64,000 nucleotides of DNA from Octopus vulgaris (GCA_951406725.2 OX597825.1:4464001-4528000); one strand, 5' to 3'. Shown: positions 41,622 through 55,660, numbered from the stretch's first letter. Translations and numbers: made by a program. The notes: generated by a model from the sequence alone, not told the origin.

Positions 41622-42443
41622 ACACATATATGTTTATATATATATGTATATATATATATATATATGTGTGTGTGTGCGCGCGTATGTGTCTGTATAAATG
41701 GAGGTACACATGGAAATCGTACGCATACACTTTTGCATACAAGTGTATAATACTCACCCACACACTCGTATATATATGGGCTTGTGTGGGTTTTCCATGT
41801 GCTTATGTTTGTGCGTGCCTGTATTTGTTTACTTGTTTATGAGTATGTGTGTATGAGTGTGTGTGTTAGAGTGTGTCCGCGTGTTAGAGAGTATATGTTT
41901 GTAAACATTGAGAAACAGAATTGGTTACACAATCCATAACAACACTTCTTAAGGTACTTGAATTCGATGGTAATATTTTACTTGGAATGATAACCTCAGG
42001 ATATTTTGCTGGGAAAGAAAATCCATCAGCAAATTTTAACATGACGACGGAGATGCGTATTAGACATTGCGATTCTGTTGGTTGGCAAAATGAGTTCGGA
42101 TTACGAATGCCGATAGCAACAATACAAATTATATACAAATCTTAACACAACTACATTTTCGAGATACAGTAGAGACCCAGATCGTCGACAAAAAATGTAA
42201 CAAAAGTAAAGCAAAATCAATAGATCTTAGCTAAAATCATTTATACAAACTGCAAATACATAAATAATACCTGAGTAAGAGATGGTTAAAAAATACAAAG
42301 TACATATGTATATGTGTTTATACATAAATATGCGCTTATATATACGCACGTTATATATATACAAGTAAATGTATGTATATAAATGTACATATGTATGTAT
42401 ACATATATGTATATATATATATATATGTAAATATATATATATG

Positions 42444-42526
<83 letters not shown>

Positions 42527-43303
42527 ATATATATATGTGTGTGTATATATATATATATATGTATGAAAAGTTTACGCTCGGTGTTTTTGGGAAAAAAATC
42601 TCGATGTTGCGATTTCGTTCTCTCTCGTTCTTATTTCCAGTACAAGTTTTCTTATTTCTCTTCTCTTTTCTTTTCTTCTTTCCTTAGTGTTATTCTATGC
42701 AGATTTAATAAAACGGATTACTTCCACCAAAAAGTAATACTACAGCTCGATTTTATCATCATCATCGTCATCATTATGATTATGATTATTGTTATTATGT
42801 TTGATATTATTATTATCATTTATATTTTTCATATCTTTTACGTATATATTTTTTTCATTTTTCTCTGTTTTTGCCGATCAATTTCCAAAGTAGCATTTTT
42901 ATTCTTCTGTAAAATATTCTCTCTAAGATATTATTTCTTCTTTACGTGTATTTTACATGGGATTTCAAAATAATATGTGAGGCGATATCTTTTAGTTACT
43001 TAACTATATGTGAATGTGAGGTGTGTTTTTGCGAGTGTGTGCGAGAGGTGGTTTGTATACGTGTGTATGCGTGTGCTTCAGTTCGTGCTTTTATCCAACC
43101 AGTTGCTGCAACCCGGGCTATACATTGGAACAGAAATAATTTTAAGTAGGCAATACGTTTTGTGTAGTGTCATGCAAAGAGCAATATACGTAGATATTCA
43201 GAGGCAAAGATCCTCATCTTCATCCATAAATGCGCGTTAAATCAAATAAATGTAACACTAATACATGCAAATAAATGTTATATAAATAAATCACAAAAAA
43301 TTG

Positions 43304-43350
<47 letters not shown>

Positions 43351-43398
43351 CTGTATATGTATATATAACTCTACCTGTATAATAATGCATATATTATA

Positions 43399-43474
<76 letters not shown>

Positions 43475-43541
43475 AGCAAATATACATGTTTAAAATATAT
43501 ATGCGTGTGTGTGTATGTGCGTGCGTATTTACGTATACAAA

Positions 43542-43705
43542 TACAAGGTGGGCCAAAAGTCACGCACGAGTCAGCCTCAATACGATCCCGAAATGTCAAA
43601 GGCTTGCTTAAATTTTTCTAAAATCGAATAAAAAATTGCTTTTTTTAAATGATGAATACACAAGATTAAATGCTTCGGTGCGTGAATTTTAGCCCACACT
43701 TCATA
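43542..43705. mobile_element. Tc1/mariner-type MITE with ~25-bp TIRs
   Basis: ta-caaggtgggccaaaagtcacgcac ... gtgcgtgaattttagcccacacttca-ta; TA flanks. Confidence 0.75.
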
Positions 43706-43768
43706 TTTGATATATTGGTGCACATATCTGCATGCATGTATGAGTACGTGTGTGTGTGTGAGCTTATT

Positions 43769-43832
<64 letters not shown>

Positions 43833-43840
43833 CACATATG

Positions 43841-43876
<36 letters not shown>

Positions 43877-44459
43877 CATATATATGTATATATATGTGTG
43901 TATGTATTATGCATGTGTGTGTATATGTGTGTGAGTGTTTGCCCCACCGCTACCGCCACCATCGGTTCACAGCAGATGCTGGTGTGTTTTCGTCGCTGTA
44001 ACTTAGCGGTTCGGCAGAAGAAGCCTGCGTGACTCAATCTCTTACCTTCATTATTTGCCCTTTTCTTTCGCTCACCTTCTCAATTCTATTCTAGATTTTC
44101 CACGTTCTACTTTTCTCTCTCGGCCCTGAATTTTGTTTGCTCTCGACTCAAAATTCTCCGCAAAAAACATTTTGATGGGCACCGCCAATATGAGAAGCTC
44201 CCACTCTTATCATCAAAGGCCCAAAACTGTGTATTACCAATTAGCTGCTAACAGATGAAGAATAAGGGATCTTCTGTGTTTCTCTCCCCTCCGGTTGTAC
44301 ACTCACTATGCGCTATGCCATTTGTTTATTTATCACACATGGTTTCATTTATTAAGTAAATGAACGCAACACACACCGAATTTGTGTTAAGTTTTATATA
44401 GATAAATATGTGCGCATGCATCTATGTATCTTCATATATTTATATATATATTTAAAGTT

Positions 44460-44665
44460 AATCCAAACATGAAAACACAAAGAGAAAACACAACAACGCG
44501 AGGACGTGGAACAAGTATGGTGTTATTGGACGCTCAGGAAGGAAGGGAAGAAGGAGGATCTAACGTTTTGGAGCGGAGCGCTTCGTTAGAAACATAGGAA
44601 AAGAAAAGATCCAAGGATGGGAAGACGGAGGAAAAAGAATCGCCAACAATACACACGCGGTCACA
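44460..44665 (-). mobile_element. Related HHR-bearing repeat, reverse strand (decayed motif 44559-44592)
   Basis: Minus strand: UUU CUAACGA A GCGC-UCC-GCUC CAAAAC GUU AGA, followed by ttcctgagcg as in the 34430 copy. Confidence 0.5.
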
Positions 44666-46249
44666 TAAATACACATGTATGCATATATACACACATTCAC
44701 GTTAATACATATACATAATTTTGGTGAGGTATAACTATATTTTGTTTTATTGTTCACCCGTATCTGCCTGTATACACTGAGAGAAAGACAAGCATGCATC
44801 CACACACGCCTATATCCACGCTTGGCTATGCTTATGTGTGTGCGGTCATGTGTGTGTACATGTGGGTGTTTGTACATGTGTTACTGCTGCGTGGGTGTCC
44901 GTCTGTTTGTGCATAGGTATGCGTGTGTGTGTAGGTAGTTATTAAGTTAGTTTACGCGCTTGATAGATGTTAGAGTGTTAGTTGTGCTATATCATATTAA
45001 CCTTGGACATCTTTGTTGCAGAAATGTTTCTTCTTGTTAGCAAAGAACCAAAACATCGTATCAGTTGATTACGCATTTGACTCCTCCTAATGTGGGTTAT
45101 GTTTGGATTGGCAAACATGTTTCATATTTCGACGTCCTCTTGGAGATTTACCATGTGTCATTCTTTGCATTACCATCATTTTACGTTCTCTTTTCATGAT
45201 GGCATGACAGGATCGACGACATCAGAGAAGAAGGTTCTTTCTCTTTAAGGCAACAATTTCCACATCGTTTCTCAGCAATAATGCCTTCTTAAGACACAAT
45301 ATTGTAGATTCTACTAACTGCTATATACCGTGGCACCAGAACTACTGAGGTCTCGTCGCAACTTCTAAACCACCAAATTGCGAAGGTTTCAACGATGTTC
45401 TCTGTGCCTTTAAACTCAATAAGCTTCACTGCTTTACCAATATTGCGTGCGATTTCTCACATATCTCTAGCTCGGAAGTTTTCGTCTATATCAAAGACGA
45501 TATATCTCGGGTGTGATTCGCAATTGTCTGGAATTCAAGTATTTTCTTTACACTTCCTTCGAAGAACTTCCAGTAAAATACAGCTTTTCTAGCTATAATT
45601 CAATTTTTCTCAAATGCTTTCAAACTAATCGCTAACATCTACCATTTTTTACGAATAATTGCTTTCTATATTTTGTATGTAACTTTTCTAAGCATGAGAA
45701 CCAATTCTGACTGAGACGTAACATCGGTATATATCAGACAATTAGATTTAGTTGCTGCCATATCATGAGAATACATAAAAATTTCTTTTTTTCCATCTCG
45801 ACTCGATTCCAGACACTTCCGAATTCTTCCTTAACTGCTTCATACACCCGGAATGTATTATATTCGCTCCAGAATAAAACGGCCAAGCCATAATTGAAAG
45901 CGTGCGCATGCTTTTCAATTCAGGGACTGAAATGTACTTTATACATTTCTAATTACACTTTGACTTTCATGGAAATTGGCTGTTATTTCCTGCGAGTTTG
46001 TCCATTACCTATAACTTAACTTGTCTCGTAAAATAATCAGCTTAGTTATATGGTAATTTAACAGGTATTTACATTTGATGAAACAATTAAATGCCTTTCA
46101 GCAGGAAAACTATTATTTATAATGAAATGACGTTGAGCAAAGAATACAGACGTTCGTGATTAAAGCAAGTTGGAAGTAATATACATTAAAAAAAGATTAG
46201 GTTAATTCCTACAGAATTTAATGCGGGATTGGCAAATTAATTGAATATG

Positions 46250-46318
<69 letters not shown>

Positions 46319-46373
46319 CTGTCTGTGTAACTGGCCGTATGCGTGTATATACATAGATATATATGTATATGTG

Positions 46374-46437
<64 letters not shown>

Positions 46438-46501
46438 TCTGTGTGTGCCTTTGTCTGTCTGTATGATTGGCCGGGTGCGTATATGCACATACATATATAT
46501 G

Positions 46502-46559
<58 letters not shown>

Positions 46560-48114
46560 TATATATAGACATGCATATATGTACATGCACATCCATAGAG
46601 ATGCATGTGCGTGTAGGCTGCCCGAGCGCGTGTCCAACTCATCGTGAGAAGAAAGGAAATGAGAGACAGAAAAGAATTAGCTTTTAATTTCATTTGAACA
46701 TCGAGAATATCATTTTTTAGAAAAATTTATTTCGTAATTTGATATATAATTGTAATTATGACTAATAATTGGTCATTAGCAGGAGAAATTGCTTCTTAGT
46801 AATTTAGTTTTCATTGTTTTTCAACCAGAGGCGATCTTTTTCTTTTTAACATCATTATAGAATGTAAAGAGACTCACCAGCCATTCCAGGTGATTGTAAT
46901 ATCAACAGAATTTTTTTTTCTTATTCTAAGCATTTAACCTAATTTTGAGTCTCTGTTTTAACCGATTATTCTTTGATACTTATTATGTTCAGTCAAGCAT
47001 ATCAGACCATCATGGACGTTTCCAGCAACATATCAGAATTGTTTGAAATGGAACTGTTAACCGTCTACAGGTAATCACCCGTGATCCATCGCGCCACACA
47101 ACGAAGCTAAGACAGTGTAAGAGAAAATAGAAAGAGTGAAAACCGCTAACAGCATTTCATTGGTACTTTTGCTTATCAGCCAGATTGAGGACAATATATT
47201 CGGCTCCAGTAACATTTAAACTGACGATGATAAATATTGAAACAAATAACGCAAGGTCATCTATCTGAGTCGCTGACGTTTCTACTAATTTGCCGCCTTA
47301 TATTCCTAGGCTGGTCATACATAATAAAGAAAAATAGAATCAAATTAGCCCCATCCCCAACGCTAGTTGATAGAGTTTATATACAGTGGAGTGACATACA
47401 ATTCACATGTATTTCTTTGTGGATATGATAATGATGAAATGCATTTATTTACAAAATGCAGATATTTGTAAATACCTTTTAAGTAAGCATCATAACAGCA
47501 AAAGTCCCATTTCCCTGTGTATAAAATTCCAATATGTTCGTAATAAGTTATAAAGACATTGATGATGTACCTCTTTGTGTCTTATTCAACTATTTTTTAA
47601 ACTATTAACTTTTTATTACATGATTGACATCCACCGAATGGAAGGTAATGTTGATGCTGTGTAATTTTGTGCTTAAACCCAGTTCAAACGCTTCTGGAGC
47701 AGATGTGACATATTGTTGATTTGGGGAGTTGAAAATTCCGTTTTATTACCATTCAAATTTAGCGCTCACTATGGCGACGTCTTTATTGATAACATCATAG
47801 TTGTTTTCGTTTTACCCGCTTTGACCTGCACACTAGATGTCTTTCTGTGATCTACCCTCAATGTTTACTGTTCTCCTGTTGTCAACTTTATCTCTAACCT
47901 ACACACCCTCTATATTTTTCTCACCCACACATGCACACTACTCAGTTCTATCAGAAAGCATCACAGTCCAGCAAAGAATGTTTCTGGAAGTCTTAGACAT
48001 TTCCTCCTCCAAATCACATATGAATTGATTACAGTTTTAAACTGACTATATCTGATTAAAATCCTGGCATCTACTAACTGGTCACAGATTATATGCTGTA
48101 CTCTAAGCAAGATA

Positions 48115-48412
48115 ATGCAAAAGGATTAGGGTATTCGACTCAAAATCGTAGTGTCATCAGTTCGATTCCTGGCGGCGTCAGGACTCTGTATTTTACGCTA
48201 CTCGAGTCTACTCAGCAAACCAAAATGGGCAGTACCAGTATTTCAAAAGGTCAGCCATGTGCATTCTGTCACGCTGAATTTCACTGAGAAATGCATTAAG
48301 GGTTTACGTGTCTGTCGAGTACTCTTCCACTTGCATGTTAATTTCACGGGCATAGTGTTCCGTTGATTGGATCAGCCGCAAAGCATGTCGTCGTAACCGA
48401 CTGAGTGCCATT
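48115..48412 (+). mobile_element. SINE family C-like copy (degenerate)
   Basis: B-box agttcgattcc; body similar to 37645-37850. Confidence 0.6.
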
Positions 48413-48458
48413 GTACATATTTACATATATACATACACACACAAACATCCCCCACACA

Positions 48459-48505
<47 letters not shown>

Positions 48506-48551
48506 TATATGTATGTATGTGGCTATGTAGCTATCAAGGCATCTATCTATC

Positions 48552-48584
<33 letters not shown>

Positions 48585-48593
<9 letters not shown>

Positions 48594-49465
48594 GAGGGCA
48601 TATATACATGCCAGAAGGCATATATATATACATGCCAAACGCTAAGAGGGACAATTAGTCATTTCTACCAAAAATATTACTAATCCCACCGAATGCAATT
48701 TTCATAAGACATTTAAAAATATAGGCCTGTATCACAGTGATTTCATACGTACTATCGGCCAGAATGCATTATAAATAAACAAGACCGTTCGCTTAAGTTG
48801 ATCAGCGTTCAACATCAACGAAGCACATGGGTGAGTTTACATATATTACAATCGAAATGACAAACTTTTACGAATTGCATTTCGGGAGAGGAAAAGTTTT
48901 TCGAATAAAATTTAATAAGGACAACTACTTAATAAGAAAACTTAGCAAGAATTGTCAGTACGTAAAACTCATAAGAGAAAAATTTCGAAAATAATTATTT
49001 CTTATTGAACATATTAATTTATATAGAGGGCATTAACATACTACAATATATTTCTACCAAAATATTACTAATCCAGAATGCAATTTTCAAGTAAGACATT
49101 TAAAATAAGTATCATGCATTATAAATAAACAACGACCCTGCTTCGTTGTTTATTTATAATGCATTCTGGCTCTGATGAGTACGTAAGTATGAAATCACTG
49201 TGATACAGGCCTATATTTTTAAATGTCTTACTTTGAAAATTGCATTCGGTGGATAGTAATATTTTTGGTAGAAATGACAATTGTCCCTTAGCGTTTGGCA
49301 TGTATATATATAATGCCTTCTGGCATGTATGTATAATGCCCTCTATATATAAATTAATATGTTCAATAAGAAATAATTATTTTCGAAATTTTTCTCTTAT
49401 GAGGTTTTTACGCTATCTACCTGACAATTTCTTGCTAAGTTTTCCTTATTAAGTAGTTGTCCTTA
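48585..49465. repeat. Triplicated ~200-330-bp unit: two direct copies plus one inverted copy forming a fold-back
   Basis: 48585-48782 and 48915-49135 both match the reverse complement of 49140-49465. Turn point aacaacga-ccctgct-tcgttgtt. Confidence 0.9.
49167..49211 (+). ncRNA. Hammerhead motif with canonical core and imperfect helix I
   Basis: CUGAUGA GUAC-GUAA-GUAU GAA AUCAC-U-GUGAU A CAGGCC; GNRA-capped helix II and palindromic helix III. Confidence 0.6.
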
Positions 49466-49610
49466 ATTGCTATATATATATATATATACATCGCCGTGAT
49501 CACCGTGACCGACCAGGCTATCAGATATTGCTACACATCGCTGGTCACAATGCGCTTTGCATTGTTTTAGCCTTCAAGTGATGCCACCCCACTGGCTAAC
49601 CGAGCAGGCC

Positions 49611-49669
<59 letters not shown>

Positions 49670-49799
49670 TATATCATTCTGACTCAGTTCGTGAAGCTGT
49701 CAATAGAAACCATAGGTAATTCAACTAACGGTTCTGCTGCATAAGTAATGGCGAAAGATTAGTTAGTTTTCCTCGAAGAATTTCACGGAGATCTTTTGA

Positions 49800-50190
49800 A
49801 TGAGTAGACAAATCTTACTGGTGCGAACCACATTAAGAGTGATAGAATTCTAGTAAATCTTGTTATTCACGTGAATTGATAGAATACAGATAGTCTGCGT
49901 CGATTGAAATAAGATTGCAAAAGGAAGTAGAAAGATGAATGCGTTAATGAATCATGCGACGAAGCAAAGACAAACGTTTCATGGCAAGCTGTTCGTCGGA
50001 GTACACGAAATGTGAGGAGCTAGTCCGTACACAATAATTCTCATTATCAGTCAATTCGTTTCGTTTATGCCAAGAAATCCTCAATGGAAATGTTAAAACT
50101 CGTATTTATCGATGACGCCGGCTATATGGGGGAAACAGAGCACTACTGTATACAACTGATAGAGCTTCAATTAAGCATCTTAAACAGATA
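49800..50190 (+). pseudogene. Highly decayed non-LTR (possibly RTE-like) reverse transcriptase fragment
   Basis: KLVFIDDAGYMGETEHYCIQLIEL resembles the LxF/YADDxxLxxxxxxxLQxL catalytic motif. Confidence 0.35.
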
Positions 50191-50334
50191 CGACCAAAAT
50201 TAGATTAGATAGAGAAACGGAAAGTGAACGTACCAATTCCTTGTACGCATTTGTCTTCATATTGGAATTAAAACATAACGAAAAAGAAACGGACACACGC
50301 ATACTAACATACATGCTACACTTATGTATGTATT

Positions 50335-50427
<93 letters not shown>

Positions 50428-50448
50428 CATATATATATTTATATATAT

Positions 50449-50522
<74 letters not shown>

Positions 50523-50742
50523 TATGCATGTATGTATTATGTATGTATGGATGGATGGATGGATGGATGGATAAATTAAATTTTGGCGAACCGTGAACCT
50601 CAAAGCTGGGAAAAAAGTTATACATGATATATAAATATTGCTTTAAAAAGTCCTAAGGACCCGAACTCACACTTCCTATACATACTGTGAAATATATATA
50701 TATATATATTCATACGTGTACTTATCATTCACTCTAAATACA

Positions 50743-50825
<83 letters not shown>

Positions 50826-51445
50826 GCATGCCTGTATGCATGTGCGCATCAATAATAGAAATAAATACTTCACAAACAAAGCGAGCGTTTTCTTCTTCTT
50901 GCATCTATAACGTCAGAGTATGTGCGTGGCTGCGCTGGAGTGTTGTGAAGGAAAGTAAAAAAAAATACAAATCTATCGCAAGACAGAGACATATTATATA
51001 GCAAACTTTCTGGAAACTATTTAACTTTACTGTAAAAGAAGTTAATGGAATTTTTTTCTTCTTTTATATATTTCTACTTACAATTTTATCTTACTCTACA
51101 TCATTGCACACTTTAAACAATTTAATCAATATAAGCCGGATTTTGTCGTTTTCCCTGGTGTCGTTTCTTGTTGTCTAAATCTATTTCCAGCTGAATTTGA
51201 ACCTAATTTTGTATCTTAATATAATTGAAATTTCCATTGCATTCTCATTTAATGTGTCGATATAACGTCTTCAGTAACAGGCGATGCGGTGAATGTTTTT
51301 CGTATGAATTAAATTAAAAACAAAAAAATACCAAAACGCACTTACTCACATTTATACGAGAGTTTTGTATACACGCAGGCACAAACACACACAAATACAC
51401 AAACACATACACATAGATGTGTGCATATGTATACATCTATGTATG

Positions 51446-51491
<46 letters not shown>

Positions 51492-51569
51492 TGTATGTGT
51501 TTCTTTGTTTCTATGTGTATATACACACATATATATATATGTATGCATATCTATATGTATGTGTGTATA

Positions 51570-51625
<56 letters not shown>

Positions 51626-51884
51626 TACACACATACAGATAGATATGCATACATATATATTATATATATATATATATGTATATACACATAGAAACACAGA
51701 AACGCATACATGCATATATATATATATATATATATATACATAAATATATATATATATATATAATGAGAGAGAGACTGTGAACGAAAGAGAATGATAGTGA
51801 TACATGTAGAGTTTTTTATGTGCATACATACGAATACTAGTTATGTGCGTGTTAATAATCATTTATTATACTAATGTCTGTAAC

Positions 51885-51950
51885 TTCGACGTTTCACAAA
51901 ATATGGCTTTTAAATCTTGCAGATTCGCAAGACGTCGATGTTCGCAGGAA
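51885..51950 (-). ncRNA. Decayed hammerhead motif (A6 deleted)
   Basis: Minus strand: UUC CUG-CGA ACA...(internal hairpin ucuugc/gcaaga)...UGU GAAAC GUC GAA. Confidence 0.4.
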
Positions 51951-52101
51951 TTCTTTTAAACTGAAGATATATTATTGTATTTTATCTCTAATACCTATAT
52001 CATTCATACATACATGCATACATATACGTATGAATGTGTATATATATTTATGTATTTATGTATGTATGTATGTATGTATATATGTGTATATATATATATG
52101 C

Positions 52102-52132
<31 letters not shown>

Positions 52133-52217
52133 TGTATGTATGTATGTATGTATGTATGTATGAATGTATATATTGAGACAGAAAGCAGAGAGGTCTAATA
52201 GATAGAAATTAATTTAT

Positions 52218-52567
52218 TAATTAATCAGCATATTCACCCACAATTGTTTCATTTCAGAAATAAGATTAAAGTTACAAAACATATATAAAAATTCTTTTGC
52301 AATTTAAGTAAGCAAAATCGTCAGGGTATCCTGAGGACAATAAGGATAACATATTTTCGGAATGGATTAGATTAGGATAGTTTCGGAATATTCAGATATT
52401 TTGTATATTCCAATATTATCCTATAGTAATCCTTATTGTCCCGTGAAAACCCTGAACATTTTCTTTATAATCTATTTAAAATGCAAAAGTATATTTTTAT
52501 ATAAGTTTTGTAATTTTAATCTTATTTGAGTAATGAAACAATCGTTGGTTAATATGTTGATTAATTT
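52218..52567. mobile_element. Long imperfect palindrome (MITE/fold-back-like), ~140-bp arms
   Basis: attaatcagcatatt...aataagattaaagttacaaaac...tcagggt...ggacaataaggat mirrored by atccttattgtcc...accctga...gttttgtaattttaatcttatt...aatatgttgattaat. Confidence 0.85.
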
Positions 52568-52629
52568 AACACACTCACTGGTGAAATTTTCAATTATCAC
52601 TTTTTTAAATTTTAAATTTAAATTTTTTT

Positions 52630-53345
52630 TTTTATTTCATCTAGTTTCAGCTCACGAGCTGTGGCCATGCTGGGGCAACGCCATTTGGTGTTGCTACATG
52701 ATTTTACTTCACAAATGCTTTTTAGTAATTGACATTTGGTGCATGAGAGAGTTTGATGCAGCTGCCCTCATCTGCATCCCCTGCCGCGAAGTTGGTTCAT
52801 CTGGGACACCTGACAGGAAGAGGTCCAGCTTTATTTTGAAGACACCTACATCCACCTCATGCAGGTCTCTCAGGTCCTTCGGGAGGATATTGAAGATCTA
52901 TGGACCTCTGAAGCCCAGGCTATTGCAGTATCTTGTCCTACATCTTGATGGCAAATTTGGAGTCCTTGGCACTATGCAGTGACGCCCAGTTCTAGTATTT
53001 GTGAAACTCTCAATACCAAAGTTTGGGACAAGTCCTTCCAGGATCTTCCAGATGTATATTATGACATATCTTTCTCACCTACGCTCTAAGGAATAGAGTT
53101 TTAATCTCTTGAGTCTTTCCCAATAGCTTATATGTAGCTTCGTGTAGCTTCGTTGGATTGCCTCAAGTTCTGAGATTAATTTAACACTGGTTGGTGACCA
53201 TAGCTGAGAGCAATATTCAAAGTGGCTTAGGACAAGTGTCCTCCAGAAGACCATCATGGTTTCCTGGTCTCTTGTTCTAAAAGCTCTAAGAATCCATCCG
53301 GTCAGCCGCCTACATTTCATTGCCAATTTAGCAACATGCACATGA
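52630..53345 (-). mobile_element. CR1-group LINE 3' end (ORF2 C-terminus and 3' UTR), pseudogenised
   Basis: GWILRAFRTR...LVLSHFEYCSQLWSP...LEAIQRSYTK...SYWERLKRLKLYSLERR*ERYVIIYIWKILEGLVPN...IFNILPKDLR...FKIKLDLFLSGVPDEP; two in-frame stops; A-rich tail. Confidence 0.9.
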
Positions 53346-53645
53346 AAAGTTGCATCATTTGTAATTTTTCTAAAATTTTCACGGCATCTCGCAACTTTCT
53401 CAGTAGTTTTGGGCTTTTCCCTTTTATTTTCACCGATTTTGCTTCTAGTTTCACATTTGCCATCAACATTCTTCTCGTTTTTCTCCTGCGTTTTCCCACA
53501 GACCAGCCAGCTGGTTTTCAGATAGGACTAACCATGTACAGTAATCCTGGAAGATTGGTTGGGGACACAAAGCAGGTTATATAGATTTGTTGAAAAATTG
53601 CTCCCCACAGAGTGAAATCTCTGCTACTAGCTATGTAAAAGAAAT

Positions 53646-53707
<62 letters not shown>

Positions 53708-53994
53708 CGCTGGAAATGTGGAGTAGATAAACAGCCGACAACTGATGCAAGGTCGTTCTTTCTGTTACTTGTCTTGTTTTCCATTTGTTTCTTTCTTTGT
53801 TCGCAAAAGAAAGTTCGTATTCTTTGTTTTCGCAGTTCGTATTTCATGTTCTTTACGCTTTTTGAGGTTCTGTACCCAAATATGCATATATATTTATATA
53901 CATATATATGTTAGTATGTGCATATATGTATAGGTCCATATATATGTATATATTATTCATATTATATGATATATATATTTATATATGTCTGTGT

Positions 53995-54175
53995 CTACGC
54001 ACCCGGCGCTTGACTAACAGCCGATGATGTCCTCATAACTGAGCGGTTCGGCAAAACAGATCGACAGAAGTACTAGGCTTACAGAGAATAAGTCCTGGGG
54101 TCGATTTGTTCGAGTAAAGGCTGTGCTCCAACATGGCGGCTTCAAATGACTGAAACAAGTAAAAGAATAACAGGA
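53995..54175 (+). mobile_element. SINE family B 3' half
   Basis: gcggttcggcaaaa...gtactaggcttacagagaataagtcctggggtcgatttg...aaatgactgaaacaagtaaaaga. Confidence 0.9.
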
Positions 54176-54779
54176 TAAATATATATATATATATACGTAT
54201 AATTATATATATATAGTTGCATGTGCATGTGTGTGTGAATAAATATATACATATATACTCACATACTCATACATAGACCCACAGGCATATACATGTATAC
54301 GTGTGTATATTTGCTTACGTGTTTTCATGAATATTACAGTATGAATAACCTGCAGTTGGGTGAGAGAGAGATAGTTGGGGTGCAACAGGGAAGTGTATAT
54401 TTAGAGCGAATAGTTGTAGAACATTGAGTGCTCCGGGCGTTTAAGTACAATATTTGTCGAAATATATATATACAATTAATATGATAGATTGACACACATA
54501 CACACGCGCAAACACAAAATTATTTTTTAATATCTAGAAGCGCAAATTGCTTTTTGCGTCGCTATTGCATATTTTGGCTTCATTTACTTGATTACAAAAC
54601 ACGAATTACTGTGCTACATTATCTTTACAAACGGACACGTGCGTACACAAACACACACACGCATACTCATTCACTCATTCACATATACATATATCATCAT
54701 ATGTATGTAAATTATTGTTATTATTATTATTAATATTATTATTATTATTATTGTTGTTGTTGTTGTTGTTGTTTTGAGT

Positions 54780-55250
54780 CTCGTTGTTCCATTTGCGGTT
54801 GTTCTTTATTTGAGAGCAGTCAATAACAAATCACCAATGTATTGCCCTCGCCTGTGACTCAAAGAGACAATATTCTCCTTAGAATGAGAGCTGTACCCAA
54901 CAATATTGTCTTCCGGATTACTTCGGGCCTTACAGCAACTCCAGTATCCTTAATAAGTTTTCAAAGGTCTTAGAAACTGTTCCCAATGCTCCAATTACCA
55001 CCGGTATCATCATTACTTTCCTCGTGTCTCATAACATTCCCATCTCGTCTCGCAGTGGCTGCTATTTCTCCCTTCTGTTTCCTTACATTTCACCCTCGAA
55101 TCGTCTGGTATTGCAACATCTATTACCTTTGCTTCTTTTTCATCTTTATCAATGAGCACGATACCTGGCTGTCTCGGCTCCCCCAGGTTTGCTTTACCGT
55201 GCAACAGCTAGTGGACATAACTGGTCATATTGTCGTGCCTCCTTTATATG
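54780..55250 (-). mobile_element. R4/Dong-like RLE domain fragment
   Basis: PGIVLIDKDEKEAKVIDVAIPDDSRVKCKETE (PD..D endonuclease-like) and downstream PVVIGALGTVSK...RKTILLGTALILR; flanked by TTA/TTG repeats. Confidence 0.85.
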
Positions 55251-55263
55251 ATAGTTATTATTA

Positions 55264-55299
<36 letters not shown>

Positions 55300-55329
55300 G
55301 TAGTAGTAGTAGTAGTAGTTGTAGTATCA

Positions 55330-55655
55330 CGTGATTTCACTGCTAAACCAACCGCTGCTGTGGTGCTCTTATTTTCTCTGTATTGAAAGTGTTTTACGTT
55401 AGGATGTGTGCAGTGCCTAGTAGGGATATTTCCTTGATGTTACATTTACTTGTAAATATTGATGTTTTTATTATGTATTTGTCTGAATGTTTGTTAATCA
55501 TACCTAATGCGCCTACAATAATAGGAATTGTTTCTGTTTTTAGGCGCCACATTCCAATTACCCCTTTTCCAGATCTTTGTATTTTGAAAGTTTCTCACTT
55601 TCTTTTAGAGAAACATTGTCATCTGTTGACATTGATGCATCGATTAGAAAGCATT
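55330..55655 (-). mobile_element. R4/Dong-like 3' fragment, related to 5093-5347
   Basis: ...SKYKDLE...WRLKTETIPIIVGALGMINKHSDKYI...ISLLGTAHIL; bounded by (TAG/TTA)n. Confidence 0.85.
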
Positions 55656-55660
55656 ATTTA

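Noticed and set aside
41921-42145. 74-aa non-repetitive ORF
   Set aside because: No recognisable domain and no clear splice signals.
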